Assembly: GCA_036398925.1 (NCBI GenBank)
Contig: DASWOB010000095.1
Location: forward strand, 22,616 to 86,615
DNA from: Thermoanaerobaculia bacterium
GTDB lineage: Bacteria; Acidobacteriota; Thermoanaerobaculia; Gp7-AA8
Length of the DNA: 64,000 nucleotides
Reading direction: 5' to 3'
In this document: positions 50,851 through 60,484 of the stretch, piece by piece
How positions within the stretch are numbered: the stretch's first letter is position 1
How the letters are laid out: each line of letters opens with the position of its first letter
Translations under genes and position numbers: made by a program
Notes under the pieces: model-generated
The model's input: only the letters and a program-made list of their open reading frames with translations
The model's database searches: none
Told to the model about the DNA's origin: nothing

Positions 50851-51521
50851 CGGATGTGCTTCGCGATGCGATTGATGTAGTTCACGGTCTCGCGGAACGG
50901 CGGTACCCCGTTGTACTTCCAAACGTTCCCCTCTCCGGCGTTGTAGGCGGCTACAGCCAGATCCGCATTGCCGTCGAATTTGTTCAGCAGCCACCGAAGA
51001 TACTTGGTTCCACCATAAATGTTCTCGGAGGGATCAAACGAATTCGTTACACCGAAGCGTTTGGCGGTCGCGGGCATGAGCTGCATCAGGCCACGGGCCC
51101 CTTTGTGCGAGACGATGCGGGGGTTGTAATCGGACTCCGCCTTGATCACCGCGGAGACGAGCGCGGCGTCGACGTCGTGCAGACGCGCCGCGCCGATGAT
51201 CAGCTCGTTGTACTTGGAATTCCACAGCGGCATCGAGTCGGGGTTGAAGCGCCAGGAGCGCTTGGGGAAGACGCCTCCCTCTTCGACCGCCTTCTTCACC
51301 TCGGCGACCACTTCCGCGATCACCACCTCGTCATCGACGATCCGGTCGATGCGGTACATCGGCAGCGACATCTGCCCGCCGCCGGCAAACTGGAGGTGGA
51401 TGGTCTCGTCCTCGACGACGTAGGCGTCGATCTTCATGTTCCGGCCGTCGGTGAAGATCGCAATGCTCGCGCTCGCCGTGGAGGCGGACAGGAGCATGGC
51501 TGTGAGGAAGAGTCGTTTCAT
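50793..51521 (-). CDS. lytic transglycosylase (SLT domain), secreted
   Basis: Signal peptide MKRLFLTAMLLSASTASA. SLT catalytic region AVIKAESDYNPRIVSHKGARGLMQLMP and AYNAGEGNV. Confidence 0.85.
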   Translation of the reverse strand: MKRLFLTAMLLSASTASASIAIFTDGRNMKIDAYVVEDETIHLQFAGGGQMSLPMYRIDRIVDDEVVIAEVVAEVKKAVEEGGVFPKRSWRFNPDSMPLWNSKYNELIIGAARLHDVDAALVSAVIKAESDYNPRIVSHKGARGLMQLMPATAKRFGVTNSFDPSENIYGGTKYLRWLLNKFDGNADLAVAAYNAGEGNVWKYNGVPPFRETVNYINRIAKHIRKAIESKHIAEARPSAATR

Positions 51522-51614
51522 CAGGACCCTGTCAGAACGGTCGTAGTGGTGACGATTATGCCCGTGAAACAGTTACGGTCGCAGATTGCGCGCTCACGCA
51601 CGCGGATTGCGCAC

Positions 51615-52547
51615 TCACGCACGCGGATGGAATGTCTCGTACATCTTCTGCAACCGGGCGCGAGAGACGTGGGTGTAGATCTGAGTGGTGGAGATATCGG
51701 AGTGCCCGAGCATCATCTGCACCGACCGCAGATCGGCCCCGTTCTCCAGCAGATGAGTCGCGAACGAATGCCGCAGCACGTGCGGCGAGATGTGCGCGCG
51801 GATGCCGGCCTGCCGCGCGTGGTGCACGATCTTCATCCAGAAGGCCTGCCGCGACATCGGCCGCCCCCGCCGGGAGAGAAAGAGGTGCGGGTCGCCGTAC
51901 GTGTCGAGCTCCGGCCGCCCTTTGGTCATGAATTCCAGGATGGCGTCCCTGGCCTGATCGCCGAACGGGACGATCCGCTCTTTCGAGCCTTTGCCCATCG
52001 TGCGCAGGAAGCCGGCGTCCATGACCAGGTCGTCGATCCGGACGTTGATCAGCTCACTGACGCGCAGCCCGGTGGCGTAGAGCAGCTCCAGCATGGCCCG
52101 GTCGCGCAGCCCGTCCGGCGTGTCGCGATCGGGCGCGGCCAGCAGCGCCTCGACGTCCGGCGGCGCGAGCGACTTGGGGAGGTTGGTCCAGAGCTTCGGA
52201 TTCTCGATGTTCTCCGTCGGGTCCTTCTTCAGGTGCCGCTCCGCCACGAGAAAGCGGAACATCCCGCGGATCGCCGCCAGCGCCCGCGCAACCGACCGCG
52301 CCGAGATACCGGCGGCGCGGATGGTCTGAAAGTACTTCGTGAGATGCAGGCGCTCGACCCGCTCGAGGTCCAGCCGCTGCTCGAGCAGCCAGTGCCCGAA
52401 GTGGCGCAGGTCGGTGCGATACGCGGAGAGCGAGTTCTTCGCGAGCCCTTTCTCGATGGCCAGGTAATCGAGAAAGATCGGCAGATAGGTGACGAAGAAC
52501 GGCCCGGCGTCTTTCTTCTCCGGATCAATTTCCCGCGGCTTGGGCAT
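51615..52547 (-). CDS. xerD: XerC/XerD-family tyrosine site-specific recombinase
   Basis: HVLRHSFATHLLENGADLRSVQMMLGHSDISTTQIYTHV (R-H-R-Y catalytic box). 310 aa. Confidence 0.88.
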   Translation of the reverse strand: MPKPREIDPEKKDAGPFFVTYLPIFLDYLAIEKGLAKNSLSAYRTDLRHFGHWLLEQRLDLERVERLHLTKYFQTIRAAGISARSVARALAAIRGMFRFLVAERHLKKDPTENIENPKLWTNLPKSLAPPDVEALLAAPDRDTPDGLRDRAMLELLYATGLRVSELINVRIDDLVMDAGFLRTMGKGSKERIVPFGDQARDAILEFMTKGRPELDTYGDPHLFLSRRGRPMSRQAFWMKIVHHARQAGIRAHISPHVLRHSFATHLLENGADLRSVQMMLGHSDISTTQIYTHVSRARLQKMYETFHPRA

Positions 52548-52574
52548 AGTGAGTTTCAGTGTATGCCGAGCTCC

Positions 52575-53444
52575 TCACGATGAAGTGGCCGTTGCGGCGA
52601 CCACGTCCGCCATGTACGAGCTGCGAACGAACGGCCCCGAAAAGACGGCCCGGAAGCCGATCTGCTCGCCGATCACACGGTACTCCTCGAAGACGTCGGG
52701 GTGTACGTATTCGACGACGTCGAGCTTCTCGCGCTTCGGCTGCAGGTACTGGCCGATCGTGACGATCTCGCATCCCGACTCGTGCAGCCGCTCCAGCACT
52801 TCGACCACCTCGTCGCGCCGCTCGCCGAGTCCGAGCATGAGCCCCGACTTGGTGGCGATGGCCGGATCGACGCTCTTCGCCGCACGCAGGACAGCCAGCG
52901 AGCGCTCGAAGCGCGAGCCGGGACGCACGTAGTCGTACAGCCGCGGCACGGTCTCGACGTTGTGGTTGTAGTAATCGGGCCGCGCCAGGGCCACGACGCG
53001 CACCAGCTCTTCGTTGCCGCGAAAGTCGGGCGTCAGCACTTCGACGGCGGAGGAGGGCAGCAGCTCGTGCAGCTCGCGGATCGTCTCGGCGAACTGATTC
53101 GCCCCCTGATCCGGAAGGTCGTCACGGGTCACCGACGTCACCACCACGTGCTTGAGGCCGAGGCGCCGCGCGGTCTCGGCGACGGCACGAGGCTCGTCCG
53201 GCGACGGCGGAGCGTAGGGACGGCCGGTGGTGACGTTGCAGAAGCCGCACGTCCGGGTGCAGATGTCGCCGAGGATCATGAAGGTGGCCGTTCCGCGCGA
53301 AAAACATTCGGAGCGGTTCGGGCAGGCCAGCGACTCGCAGACGGAATGGAGATCGCGCTCGCGCAGCATCGACTTCATGTCGCGCAGCGAGGCGAGGTTC
53401 AGCTTTTTCTCACGGATCCACTCGGGGAGCAGGGGGCGGGTCAT
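52575..53444 (-). CDS. lipA: lipoyl synthase
   Basis: Two Cys clusters: CxNRSEC (auxiliary) and CTRTCGFC (radical-SAM CxxxCxxC). 289 aa. Confidence 0.92.
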   Translation of the reverse strand: MTRPLLPEWIREKKLNLASLRDMKSMLRERDLHSVCESLACPNRSECFSRGTATFMILGDICTRTCGFCNVTTGRPYAPPSPDEPRAVAETARRLGLKHVVVTSVTRDDLPDQGANQFAETIRELHELLPSSAVEVLTPDFRGNEELVRVVALARPDYYNHNVETVPRLYDYVRPGSRFERSLAVLRAAKSVDPAIATKSGLMLGLGERRDEVVEVLERLHESGCEIVTIGQYLQPKREKLDVVEYVHPDVFEEYRVIGEQIGFRAVFSGPFVRSSYMADVVAATATSS

Positions 53445-53564
53445 CGCAAACGCATCCTATCGCTAAACGGCGGACGCTCTCCCCGCCCGCGGAAAACAAA
53501 AATGCCACCCTCGCGGGTGGCACTTCCGAGCACTGCGGCGCAGCGTCGATCAGTGACCGTTGGG

Positions 53565-54080
53565 TCAGTGACCGCTGAGCGCCTTATCCAGCGACTTGTG
53601 GATGAGCTTCTCCGCGTCTTCGTCCGTGATGCCCTTGACGATCGCGACCTCGGAGACGAGGAGGTACTTCGCGCGGTCGTACATTTTTTTCTCACGGAAC
53701 GACAGGCTCTTCCGCTTCTGCACCTCGTGCAGATTCTTGAGCACCTCGGCTACGTCTTCGAGGCGACCCGTTTTCATCCGCTCGAGGTTGTCGCGGTAGC
53801 GACCCTTCCAGTCCGACTGCGACTTGACCGGTTTTTCCTCGAGCAAGCTGATGAGGCCCTTGATCTCTTTCTGCTGGTACAGACGGCGCAGGCCAACGCG
53901 GTCCGTGTTCCCGATCGGCACCATCAGCCGCGAGTTATTCGCAAGCAGCCGCAGGTGGTAATAGCTGTCCTGTCCCGGACCCATGATCGGGTTTTCGCCG
54001 ATGTGCTCGACGACCGTAACACCATGGTTCGGATAGACGAGCTTTTCCCCGACCTTGAAACTCAACTTAACTGACGACAA
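53565..54080 (-). CDS. carD: CarD/CdnL-family RNA-polymerase-binding transcriptional regulator
   Basis: N-terminal KVGEKLVYPNHGVTVVEHIG (RNAP-interacting Tudor-like domain). 171 aa. Confidence 0.85.
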   Translation of the reverse strand: MSSVKLSFKVGEKLVYPNHGVTVVEHIGENPIMGPGQDSYYHLRLLANNSRLMVPIGNTDRVGLRRLYQQKEIKGLISLLEEKPVKSQSDWKGRYRDNLERMKTGRLEDVAEVLKNLHEVQKRKSLSFREKKMYDRAKYLLVSEVAIVKGITDEDAEKLIHKSLDKALSGH

Positions 54081-54280
54081 GTGAGGCTCCTTTCGGAAAG
54101 CTGGAAAACAACTGAAGGGACGCGCATTTTACGCTACGGCCCCTGACGCGTCAAACCACTGATAATGTGGGGTGCGGCGCGTTTGTCCTCGATGGGTGCT
54201 GCGGCGCGCGCTCGGCGCGTTGCAATTTTCGGGCACGATCCTGTTGCGAATCGTGGTCGGCGTCCGTGGTCGTAGTGACG

Positions 54281-55186
54281 CTACCGGCGCAGACGCCGCA
54301 CCAGCTGGTGCAGCTTGTCGAGCCCTTCCCGCCGCTCGTTGTCGTTCCCCGTCAGCAGATCCTCGATGAGCTGCAGCTCCGTGTACAGCTCGAGATCGGT
54401 AGCCGCGTCGCGCTGCGGAGTCACCGTAACCGGAGGCGGCGCGGACGGACGGACCGGCGTCGCGAGCACGGCCGGGTTGAGCGAATCACGCAGCCGCGCG
54501 GCCATCGCCCGAATGGATGGTACGTCACTGCTTCCGAGCGCTCGCTGGATCGCTTTCGCGCTGGTGACGGCGTCGGCGTAGGGACTGTTCGGACTGTCGA
54601 CGATGCGCGCCTGCACGAGCGACACGACGATGTTGCCGTAGCCGCCCTTCTCTTCGGCGCGCGCGTGGATGCGCACCGTGGCCTGACGGGCCACGACCGG
54701 GATGTCGATCGGACGGACCTCGCCCGGCTGCAGCAGCGCCTTCACCTCGAGGACCTGCGTTTCCGAGCGCTGGGACCCCTGCGGCAGATATTCGATCTCG
54801 ACGCGTTCGAGCCAGACCGGGCGATTCTTCGCCACCATCATCCGGCGCGAGGGCGACTCGATGATCACACGATAGATGAACGCGCCGCGCGTCTCGACGG
54901 TCTGCATCGAATCGCCGCGCGGCTGGATCGAAAAGTCGTGCGACGTGCGGCCCGCCTCGAAGCGCTCGTAGGAGGCGTACTCGTACGTCCCGTCGGCGCG
55001 CGGCACGCGCAGCCATTCGATGTCCTGGGTGATGATGCGCTGCAGCAGATCGACCGGCAGATCGCGCTTGCTCGCTTCCGCCACGCGGTCGAGCACCATC
55101 GCATCGGCCGCCACGCGAGCCGCCGGATCCTGCGCGAAAAGAGGAAGGGCGAGCGCAATGGCGATCGCCAGCAAGGTCCGTTTCAT
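54281..55186 (-). CDS. hypothetical secreted protein (301 aa)
   Basis: Signal peptide MKRTLLAIAIALALPLFAQ. No family recognised. It overlaps deoB by 4 nt. Confidence 0.45.
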   Translation of the reverse strand: MKRTLLAIAIALALPLFAQDPAARVAADAMVLDRVAEASKRDLPVDLLQRIITQDIEWLRVPRADGTYEYASYERFEAGRTSHDFSIQPRGDSMQTVETRGAFIYRVIIESPSRRMMVAKNRPVWLERVEIEYLPQGSQRSETQVLEVKALLQPGEVRPIDIPVVARQATVRIHARAEEKGGYGNIVVSLVQARIVDSPNSPYADAVTSAKAIQRALGSSDVPSIRAMAARLRDSLNPAVLATPVRPSAPPPVTVTPQRDAATDLELYTELQLIEDLLTGNDNERREGLDKLHQLVRRLRR

Positions 55187-56358
55187 TCTTTCACTCCCAG
55201 TTCCGGCAGCACGCTGCGGCCGGCGATGCCATCACGCGACAGATCGAGGTACTCGCAGATCGTGGCGCCAAGGTCGGCGAAGGTGCTGCGCGTGCCGAGC
55301 GGCTTCGCCTCGCGGATGCGCGGCCCCGCCACGAGCAGCGGAACGTATTCACGCGTGTGATCGGTCGAGACGTCGGTCGGATCGCAACCGTGATCGGCGG
55401 TGATGAAGAGCAGGTCGTCCCGGCGCAGCGAATCGAGCAGCGCCGCGAGCTCGCCATCGAACGTCTCCAGCGCCTTCGCATATCCCGGCGCGTCATTGCG
55501 ATGGCCGTACTTGGAATCGAAATCGACCAGGTTCGTGAAGATGAAATCGGCGTCCGACTCGCGGATCAGATCGATCGTCTTGCGCATTCCGTCCGAGTTC
55601 GACTCGGTGCGGATCTCCTGACCGATCCCCACGCCGTCGAAGATGTCGGAAATCTTCCCCAGCCCGATCACCTGCCGCCCGGCGTCGTGCGCGCGCTCGA
55701 CCACCGTCTCGCCGGTCGGCCGCACCGAAAAGTCCTTCCGGTTCGCCGTGCGCTTGAACTGACCCCTGCCCGTACCGACGAACGGCCGCGCGATGATCCG
55801 GCCGATGTTGTGCTCCCCGCGCATCAGCTCCCGCGCGATCGCACAGATCCGCCAGAGCTCCTCGACCGGGATCACCTCCTCGTGCGCCGCCACCTGGAAC
55901 ACCGAATCGCCCGAGGTGTAGACGATCGGAGCGCCGCTGCGCATGTGCTCCTCACCCAGCTCATCGAGGATCACCGTACCGGAGGCGGGCTTGTTCCCCA
56001 GCGTCTTCCGCCCGATGCGCCGCTCGTACTCGTCCATCACGTCGGGCGGAAAGCCGTCCGGATACGTGCGGAACGGATCCGTCACCACCAGCCCCATCAT
56101 TTCCCAATGCCCGGTGGTCGTGTCCTTCCCCGCGCTGACCTCCGCCATCCGCCCGTACGCGCTGACCGGGGTGTCGGGACTGGCCGGGGTCGGAAGCGTA
56201 TGCAACAGCCCGATGCGGGTGAGGGTGGGAAGGCTCGGATGCTGGCTATCGAGGATGTGGCCGAGGGTATTCGAGCCCTCGTCGCCGAAGTCTTTGGCGT
56301 CGGGAAGCTCACCGACGCCGAGAGAGTCGCAGACGAGAGTGATCACTCTTCTTTTCAT
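55183..56358 (-). CDS. deoB: phosphopentomutase
   Basis: Start at MKRRVITLVCDSLGVGELPDA (ATG 56358). The track N-terminus MTVHRSSFIVHRS is repeat-derived. Alkaline-phosphatase-superfamily metal ligands (FTNLVDFDSKYGHRND). Confidence 0.88.
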   Translation of the reverse strand: MKRRVITLVCDSLGVGELPDAKDFGDEGSNTLGHILDSQHPSLPTLTRIGLLHTLPTPASPDTPVSAYGRMAEVSAGKDTTTGHWEMMGLVVTDPFRTYPDGFPPDVMDEYERRIGRKTLGNKPASGTVILDELGEEHMRSGAPIVYTSGDSVFQVAAHEEVIPVEELWRICAIARELMRGEHNIGRIIARPFVGTGRGQFKRTANRKDFSVRPTGETVVERAHDAGRQVIGLGKISDIFDGVGIGQEIRTESNSDGMRKTIDLIRESDADFIFTNLVDFDSKYGHRNDAPGYAKALETFDGELAALLDSLRRDDLLFITADHGCDPTDVSTDHTREYVPLLVAGPRIREAKPLGTRSTFADLGATICEYLDLSRDGIAGRSVLPELGVKE

Positions 56359-56393
56359 CGAGCGATGAACGATGAACGATGAACGATGAACAG

Positions 56394-56747
56394 TCAATTC
56401 TTGCGACGGCGCTTGATCGTGCGAACAGAGGCGACGCCCATCGCGATCAACTCGTCCGCTTCCTGCATCAACGGCTGTAGCCTGGCGGCGGGCACGATCT
56501 CACCCTCGATCAGCAGCTCCATCCAGTACAGGCTTTCATCGAGCTCCTGGAGCGCCGTTTCGATCTTACTGATCATCTCGGCATCAGAACGGGAGCGAAA
56601 CGCCTCGCGGCAATGCGCGCCGGGAGACGTTCCAGACCGCAGCAACTGCATCCGGATTACGCCCGCCGCATCGTTTCGGGGCAATGTCGCACACACGCGT
56701 ATGACTCGAATTGCGAACGCTTTCGAACGATCGCGAAGCGTGTTCAT
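56394..56747 (-). CDS. four-helix-bundle protein of the 23S rRNA intervening-sequence-associated family (TIGR02436-like)
   Basis: 117 aa. AFAIRVIRVC...LPRNDAAGVIRMQLLRSGTSPGAHCREA...EMISKIETALQELDESLYWMELL matches the family profile. The gene lies exactly between the two arms of a family-A repeat, and the ATG is within the right arm. Confidence 0.7.
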   Translation of the reverse strand: MNTLRDRSKAFAIRVIRVCATLPRNDAAGVIRMQLLRSGTSPGAHCREAFRSRSDAEMISKIETALQELDESLYWMELLIEGEIVPAARLQPLMQEADELIAMGVASVRTIKRRRKN

Positions 56748-56771
56748 CGCTCATCTCTCATCGTTCATCGC

Positions 56772-58085
56772 TCAAACGATCAGCTCATGCACCAGCGGCC
56801 TCTTCGCCGGCTCCTCGTCTCCGATCTCCACGAATGCCGCAAACCGCTCGCGCAGTTCGCTCGCGTCGCGCTCGCGCTCTCCCAGCTGAATCTGGGCGAT
56901 GACGTCGCCTGCCTTCACCTCGTCGCCGACGTTGCGTACGAAGAGCACGCCGGCGGCGTAGTCGATCACATCGTCCGCTTTCTTGCGGCCGGCGCCGAGG
57001 TCGACGGTGAACATGCCGGCTTGATACGTATCGATCTTCGTCACGAAGCCGCTGCGGTCCGCCTTCACGTCGACGGTGGAGCGCGGCGTCGGGAGCAGCG
57101 CGTAGTTGTCGACCACCTCGGGGTCGCCTCCCTGGGCGGCGATCCATTTGCGGGTCTGCTCGAGGGCACGGCCGGAGGCGAGTGCCTCATCGAGAGCGCT
57201 GCGTGCGGAATCGGCGTCGAAGCGGCCCGACATGACCAGGATGCGCTCCCCCTGCGCCCGGGTGACTTCCACGAGATCGGCGGGACCGCGGCCTTTGAGC
57301 GCCTCGAAGGTCTCGATGATCTCGTTGGAGTTGCCGGCCGCAATACCGAGCGGCCGGTCCATGTCGGTGATCAGCGCTTCGACGCGCGTACCGGAGCCGG
57401 CCGCGGCGGCGATCAGGCTCTGCGCCAGCGCTTTTGAATCCTGATAGAGCCGCATGAAGGCGCCGCTGCCGGTTTTGACGTCGAGGATCAGCGCGGAGGC
57501 GCCCATGGCCAGCTTCTTCGACATGATCGAGGCGGTGATGAGCGGGAGCGACTCGACGGTGCCGGTGACGTCGCGCAGCGCGTAGACCTTCTTGTCGGCC
57601 GGCGCGATCCCCTCGGTGGACGTCGAGATGACGCAGCCGGCGTCCGCCACGCTCTGTTCGAACTCGGCGCGGGAAAGACGGGCGTTGAAGCGGGGGATTG
57701 CTTCCAGCTTGTCGAGCGTGCCGCCGGTGTGCCCGAGGCCGCGACCGGAAAGCATTCCGACTTTCACGCCGCAGGAGGCGACCCACGGCGCGAGGACCAG
57801 CGAGACCTTGTCGCCGACGCCGCCGGTGGAGTGCTTGTCGGCGATGAATTCGTAGCTGTCGCGCAGGTGCCACTGCTCGCCGGAGCGCAGCATCGCCTGC
57901 GTCAGCGTCGCCATCTCGGCCGCGGTCATGCCGTTGATGGCAATGGCCATCAGCAGCGCCGACATCTGGTAGTCGGGAATCGTTCCGCGCGTGAATCCTT
58001 CGACGAAGAACTCGATCTCACGAGTCTCCAGCGGCCCGCCGCGGCGCTTGCGGTTGAGGAGCTCGTAGACGCTGTAGTCGGCCAT
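56772..58085 (-). CDS. deoA: thymidine/pyrimidine-nucleoside phosphorylase
   Basis: HSTGGVGDKVSLVLAPWVASCG, SGRGLGHTGGTLDKLEAIPRF. 437 aa. Confidence 0.9.
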   Translation of the reverse strand: MADYSVYELLNRKRRGGPLETREIEFFVEGFTRGTIPDYQMSALLMAIAINGMTAAEMATLTQAMLRSGEQWHLRDSYEFIADKHSTGGVGDKVSLVLAPWVASCGVKVGMLSGRGLGHTGGTLDKLEAIPRFNARLSRAEFEQSVADAGCVISTSTEGIAPADKKVYALRDVTGTVESLPLITASIMSKKLAMGASALILDVKTGSGAFMRLYQDSKALAQSLIAAAAGSGTRVEALITDMDRPLGIAAGNSNEIIETFEALKGRGPADLVEVTRAQGERILVMSGRFDADSARSALDEALASGRALEQTRKWIAAQGGDPEVVDNYALLPTPRSTVDVKADRSGFVTKIDTYQAGMFTVDLGAGRKKADDVIDYAAGVLFVRNVGDEVKAGDVIAQIQLGERERDASELRERFAAFVEIGDEEPAKRPLVHELIV

Positions 58086-58095
58086 AGGGGGGCCA

Positions 58096-58206
58096 TTCTA
58101 CGGCGAGCGATGAGAGATCAAGGATGAACGATGAGAGATGAGAGATGAGCGATGAACACGGCGGATCCGCGTCGTTCATCGCTCATCGCTCATCTCTCAT
58201 CGTTCG
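58096..58206. repeat. family-A heptamer hairpin repeat in divergent intergenic region (deoA / queC)
   Basis: gcgatgagagatcaaggatgaacgatgagagatgagagatgagcgatgaac-acggcggatccgcgtc-gttcatcgctcatcgctcatctctcatcgttcg. Confidence 0.7.
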
Positions 58207-58226
58207 TTGTTACGATGCCCCCCGCC

Positions 58227-58898
58227 ATGCAACGCGCAGTAATTCTTCTTTCCGGCGGCCTCGACTCCGCCACCGTCCTGGCGATGGCAAAGTCCGAGGG
58301 GCGGGTCTGTCACGCGCTGTCGATCACCTATGGACAGCGGCACGGCGTGGAGCTCGAAGCGGCGCGGCGGGTGGCGGAGGCGATCGGCGTCGAGGAGCAC
58401 GACGTGCACGCGCTCGACCTGCGCGTCTTCGGGGCGAGCGCGCTCACGAGCGACATCGCGGTCCCGAAAGACGCCGTCGGCGCGCCGGGCATTCCGGTCA
58501 CGTACGTGCCGGCGCGCAACACGATCTTTCTCTCGCTCGCCGTCGGATTCGCCGAAGCGCGCGAGGCGGCGGAGATCTGGATCGGCGTCAATGCGCTCGA
58601 TTACTCCGGCTATCCCGACTGCCGGCCGGAGTTCATCGACGCGTTCCAGGAGGTCATCCTCAAAGGAACGCGCAGCGGCATCGAGCGCGGTGAGCCGCGT
58701 CTCGTCGCGCCGCTACTGCACATGACCAAGGCGGAGATCATCCGCCGCGGAATCGAGCTCGGCGTCGATTATTCGATCACGCACTCGTGCTATGACCCTG
58801 ACCGCTCCGGTGCCGCGTGCGGACATTGCGATTCGTGTCTGCTGCGGCGGAAAGGATTCGAGGAGGCGGGCGTGCCCGATCCGACTCGCTACGCATGA
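58227..58898 (+). CDS. queC: 7-cyano-7-deazaguanine synthase
   Basis: Start at [16 protein letters not shown] (PP-loop SGGxDS). C-terminal zinc Cys cluster [17 protein letters not shown]. Confidence 0.9.
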   Translation: MQRAVILLSGGLDSATVLAMAKSEGRVCHALSITYGQRHGVELEAARRVAEAIGVEEHDVHALDLRVFGASALTSDIAVPKDAVGAPGIPVTYVPARNTIFLSLAVGFAEAREAAEIWIGVNALDYSGYPDCRPEFIDAFQEVILKGTRSGIERGEPRLVAPLLHMTKAEIIRRGIELGVDYSITHSCYDPDRSGAACGHCDSCLLRRKGFEEAGVPDPTRYA

Positions 58899-59365
58899 TC
58901 CACATCGAAGGATTCGAGGTTCGCGAGCTCTCCGACGACGACCAGCCGTCCATCGACGATCTCTTCGCTCGCTGCGCCGATCTCATGGCCGTCGATCCGC
59001 ACGCCACGCCCGATCGCGTGCTGCACCACCTGCCCGCCGACGCGGTCCCCGAGCGCGAGCACGCCTTCGGCCTCTGGCGCGACGGAAAGCTCCTCGGCAT
59101 CCTGGCCATGCTCTTCGGCTACCGCGAGGAAAAGGACTGGTGGATCGGCCTGCTGATGCTCGACCCTTCCGTGCGCGGGCAGGGCATCGGCCACGCCGCG
59201 CTCGAAGAAGCCCTGCGTCTGGCGCGGGAGTCCAACGTCGCCAAAGCGATGTGGCTCGTGGTCGCATTCGACAACACGCGCGGGCAGAAATTCTGGTTCC
59301 GCGAGGGCTTCGTCGAGCGCGGCCGCACCGAGACCCATCTCATGCTTTCGCGCGCGATAGACTGA
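58895..59365 (+). CDS. GNAT-family N-acetyltransferase
   Basis: Start ATG overlaps the queC stop (ATGA). Acetyl-CoA binding motif [14 protein letters not shown]. Confidence 0.7.
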   Translation: MIHIEGFEVRELSDDDQPSIDDLFARCADLMAVDPHATPDRVLHHLPADAVPEREHAFGLWRDGKLLGILAMLFGYREEKDWWIGLLMLDPSVRGQGIGHAALEEALRLARESNVAKAMWLVVAFDNTRGQKFWFREGFVERGRTETHLMLSRAID

Positions 59366-59373
59366 GCCCCGCG

Positions 59374-60009
59374 ATGCTGCGCATCACGGAGATCTTCTTT
59401 TCGATCCAGGGCGAGTCGTCGCACGCCGGCCGGCCGTGCGTCTTCGTCCGCCTGACCGGCTGCAACCTCCGCTGCCGCTGGTGCGACTCCGAGTACACCT
59501 TCACCGGCGGCGAGCGGATGCCGATCGACGACATCATCGAGCGCGTCCGCGGCTACGGCTGCAACCTCGTCGAAGTGACCGGCGGCGAGCCGCTCGCGCA
59601 GGCCGAGGCCTTCCCCTTCATTCAGCGCCTCTGCGACGAGGGTTTCGAGGTGCTGATCGAAACCTCGGGGTCGATCGACATCACCGCGGTCGACGAGCGG
59701 GCCAGGCTGATCCTCGACATCAAGACCCCCGGTTCCGCCGAGGTGGCGAAGAATCGCTGGAGCAACCTCGAGCAGCTGCGGCCGCACGACGAGATCAAGT
59801 TCGTGATCGACAGCCGCGAAGATTACGAATGGGCGCGCGAGCTGGTGCGGGAGAAGAAACTCGATCGCTGGACCGTGCTCTTTTCCCCGGTCTGGGGCGA
59901 GCTGCCGATGAAAGACCTCGCCGAATGGATGCTCGCCGACCGCGTTCCGGCGCGCTTTCAGACGCAACTGCACAAACACATCTGGGGCGCGGACGTGAAG
60001 GGGGTATAG
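59374..60009 (+). CDS. queE: 7-carboxy-7-deazaguanine synthase (radical SAM)
   Basis: FFSIQGES and CNLRCRWCDSEYTF (CxxxCxxC cluster). 211 aa. Confidence 0.88.
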   Translation: MLRITEIFFSIQGESSHAGRPCVFVRLTGCNLRCRWCDSEYTFTGGERMPIDDIIERVRGYGCNLVEVTGGEPLAQAEAFPFIQRLCDEGFEVLIETSGSIDITAVDERARLILDIKTPGSAEVAKNRWSNLEQLRPHDEIKFVIDSREDYEWARELVREKKLDRWTVLFSPVWGELPMKDLAEWMLADRVPARFQTQLHKHIWGADVKGV

Positions 60010-60082
60010 AGCCGCTCAGTGGTTCAGCCGCTCAGCTATTCAGGCCGCCTGAACAGCTGAATGGCTGAGAAGCTGAACAGCT
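60010..60082. repeat. family-B heptamer hairpin repeat between co-directional genes
   Basis: gccgctcagtggttcagccgctcagctattcagg-ccgc-ctgaacagctgaatggctgagaagctgaacagc. Confidence 0.7.
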
Positions 60083-60484
60083 ATGAAAAAACCAACCCTC
60101 GACCACATCGGCATCGCCGTCCGTTCCATCGAAGCGGCCGCGATCTACCAGGCCCTCGGGCTGACCATCGAGCACGTCGAAACCGTGACCACGCAGGGCG
60201 TGAAGACGGCGTTCCTTTCGGTCGGCGATTCGAATCTCGAGCTGCTCGAACCGACCGGTCCGGATTCCAGCGTCGCGAAGTTCATCGAGAAGCGAGGCGA
60301 GGGCATCCATCACCTCTGCTTCCGCGTCGACGACATCGAGGCGCACCTGGCCACGCTCAAAGAGCGCGGATTCCGCCTGATCAACGAGGCGCCGGTGCCG
60401 GGCGCGCACGGCTGCCGGGTGGCCTTCCTCCATCCCGCCGCCGGCAATGGCGTGCTCATTGAACTGAGCGAGAAGGTCGAATGA
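60083..60484 (+). CDS. VOC-family methylmalonyl-CoA epimerase / glyoxalase-like protein
   Basis: MKKPTLDHIGIAV... and HHLCFRVDDIEAH; paired betaalphabetabetabeta modules with metal-binding His/Glu. Confidence 0.75.
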   Translation: MKKPTLDHIGIAVRSIEAAAIYQALGLTIEHVETVTTQGVKTAFLSVGDSNLELLEPTGPDSSVAKFIEKRGEGIHHLCFRVDDIEAHLATLKERGFRLINEAPVPGAHGCRVAFLHPAAGNGVLIELSEKVE

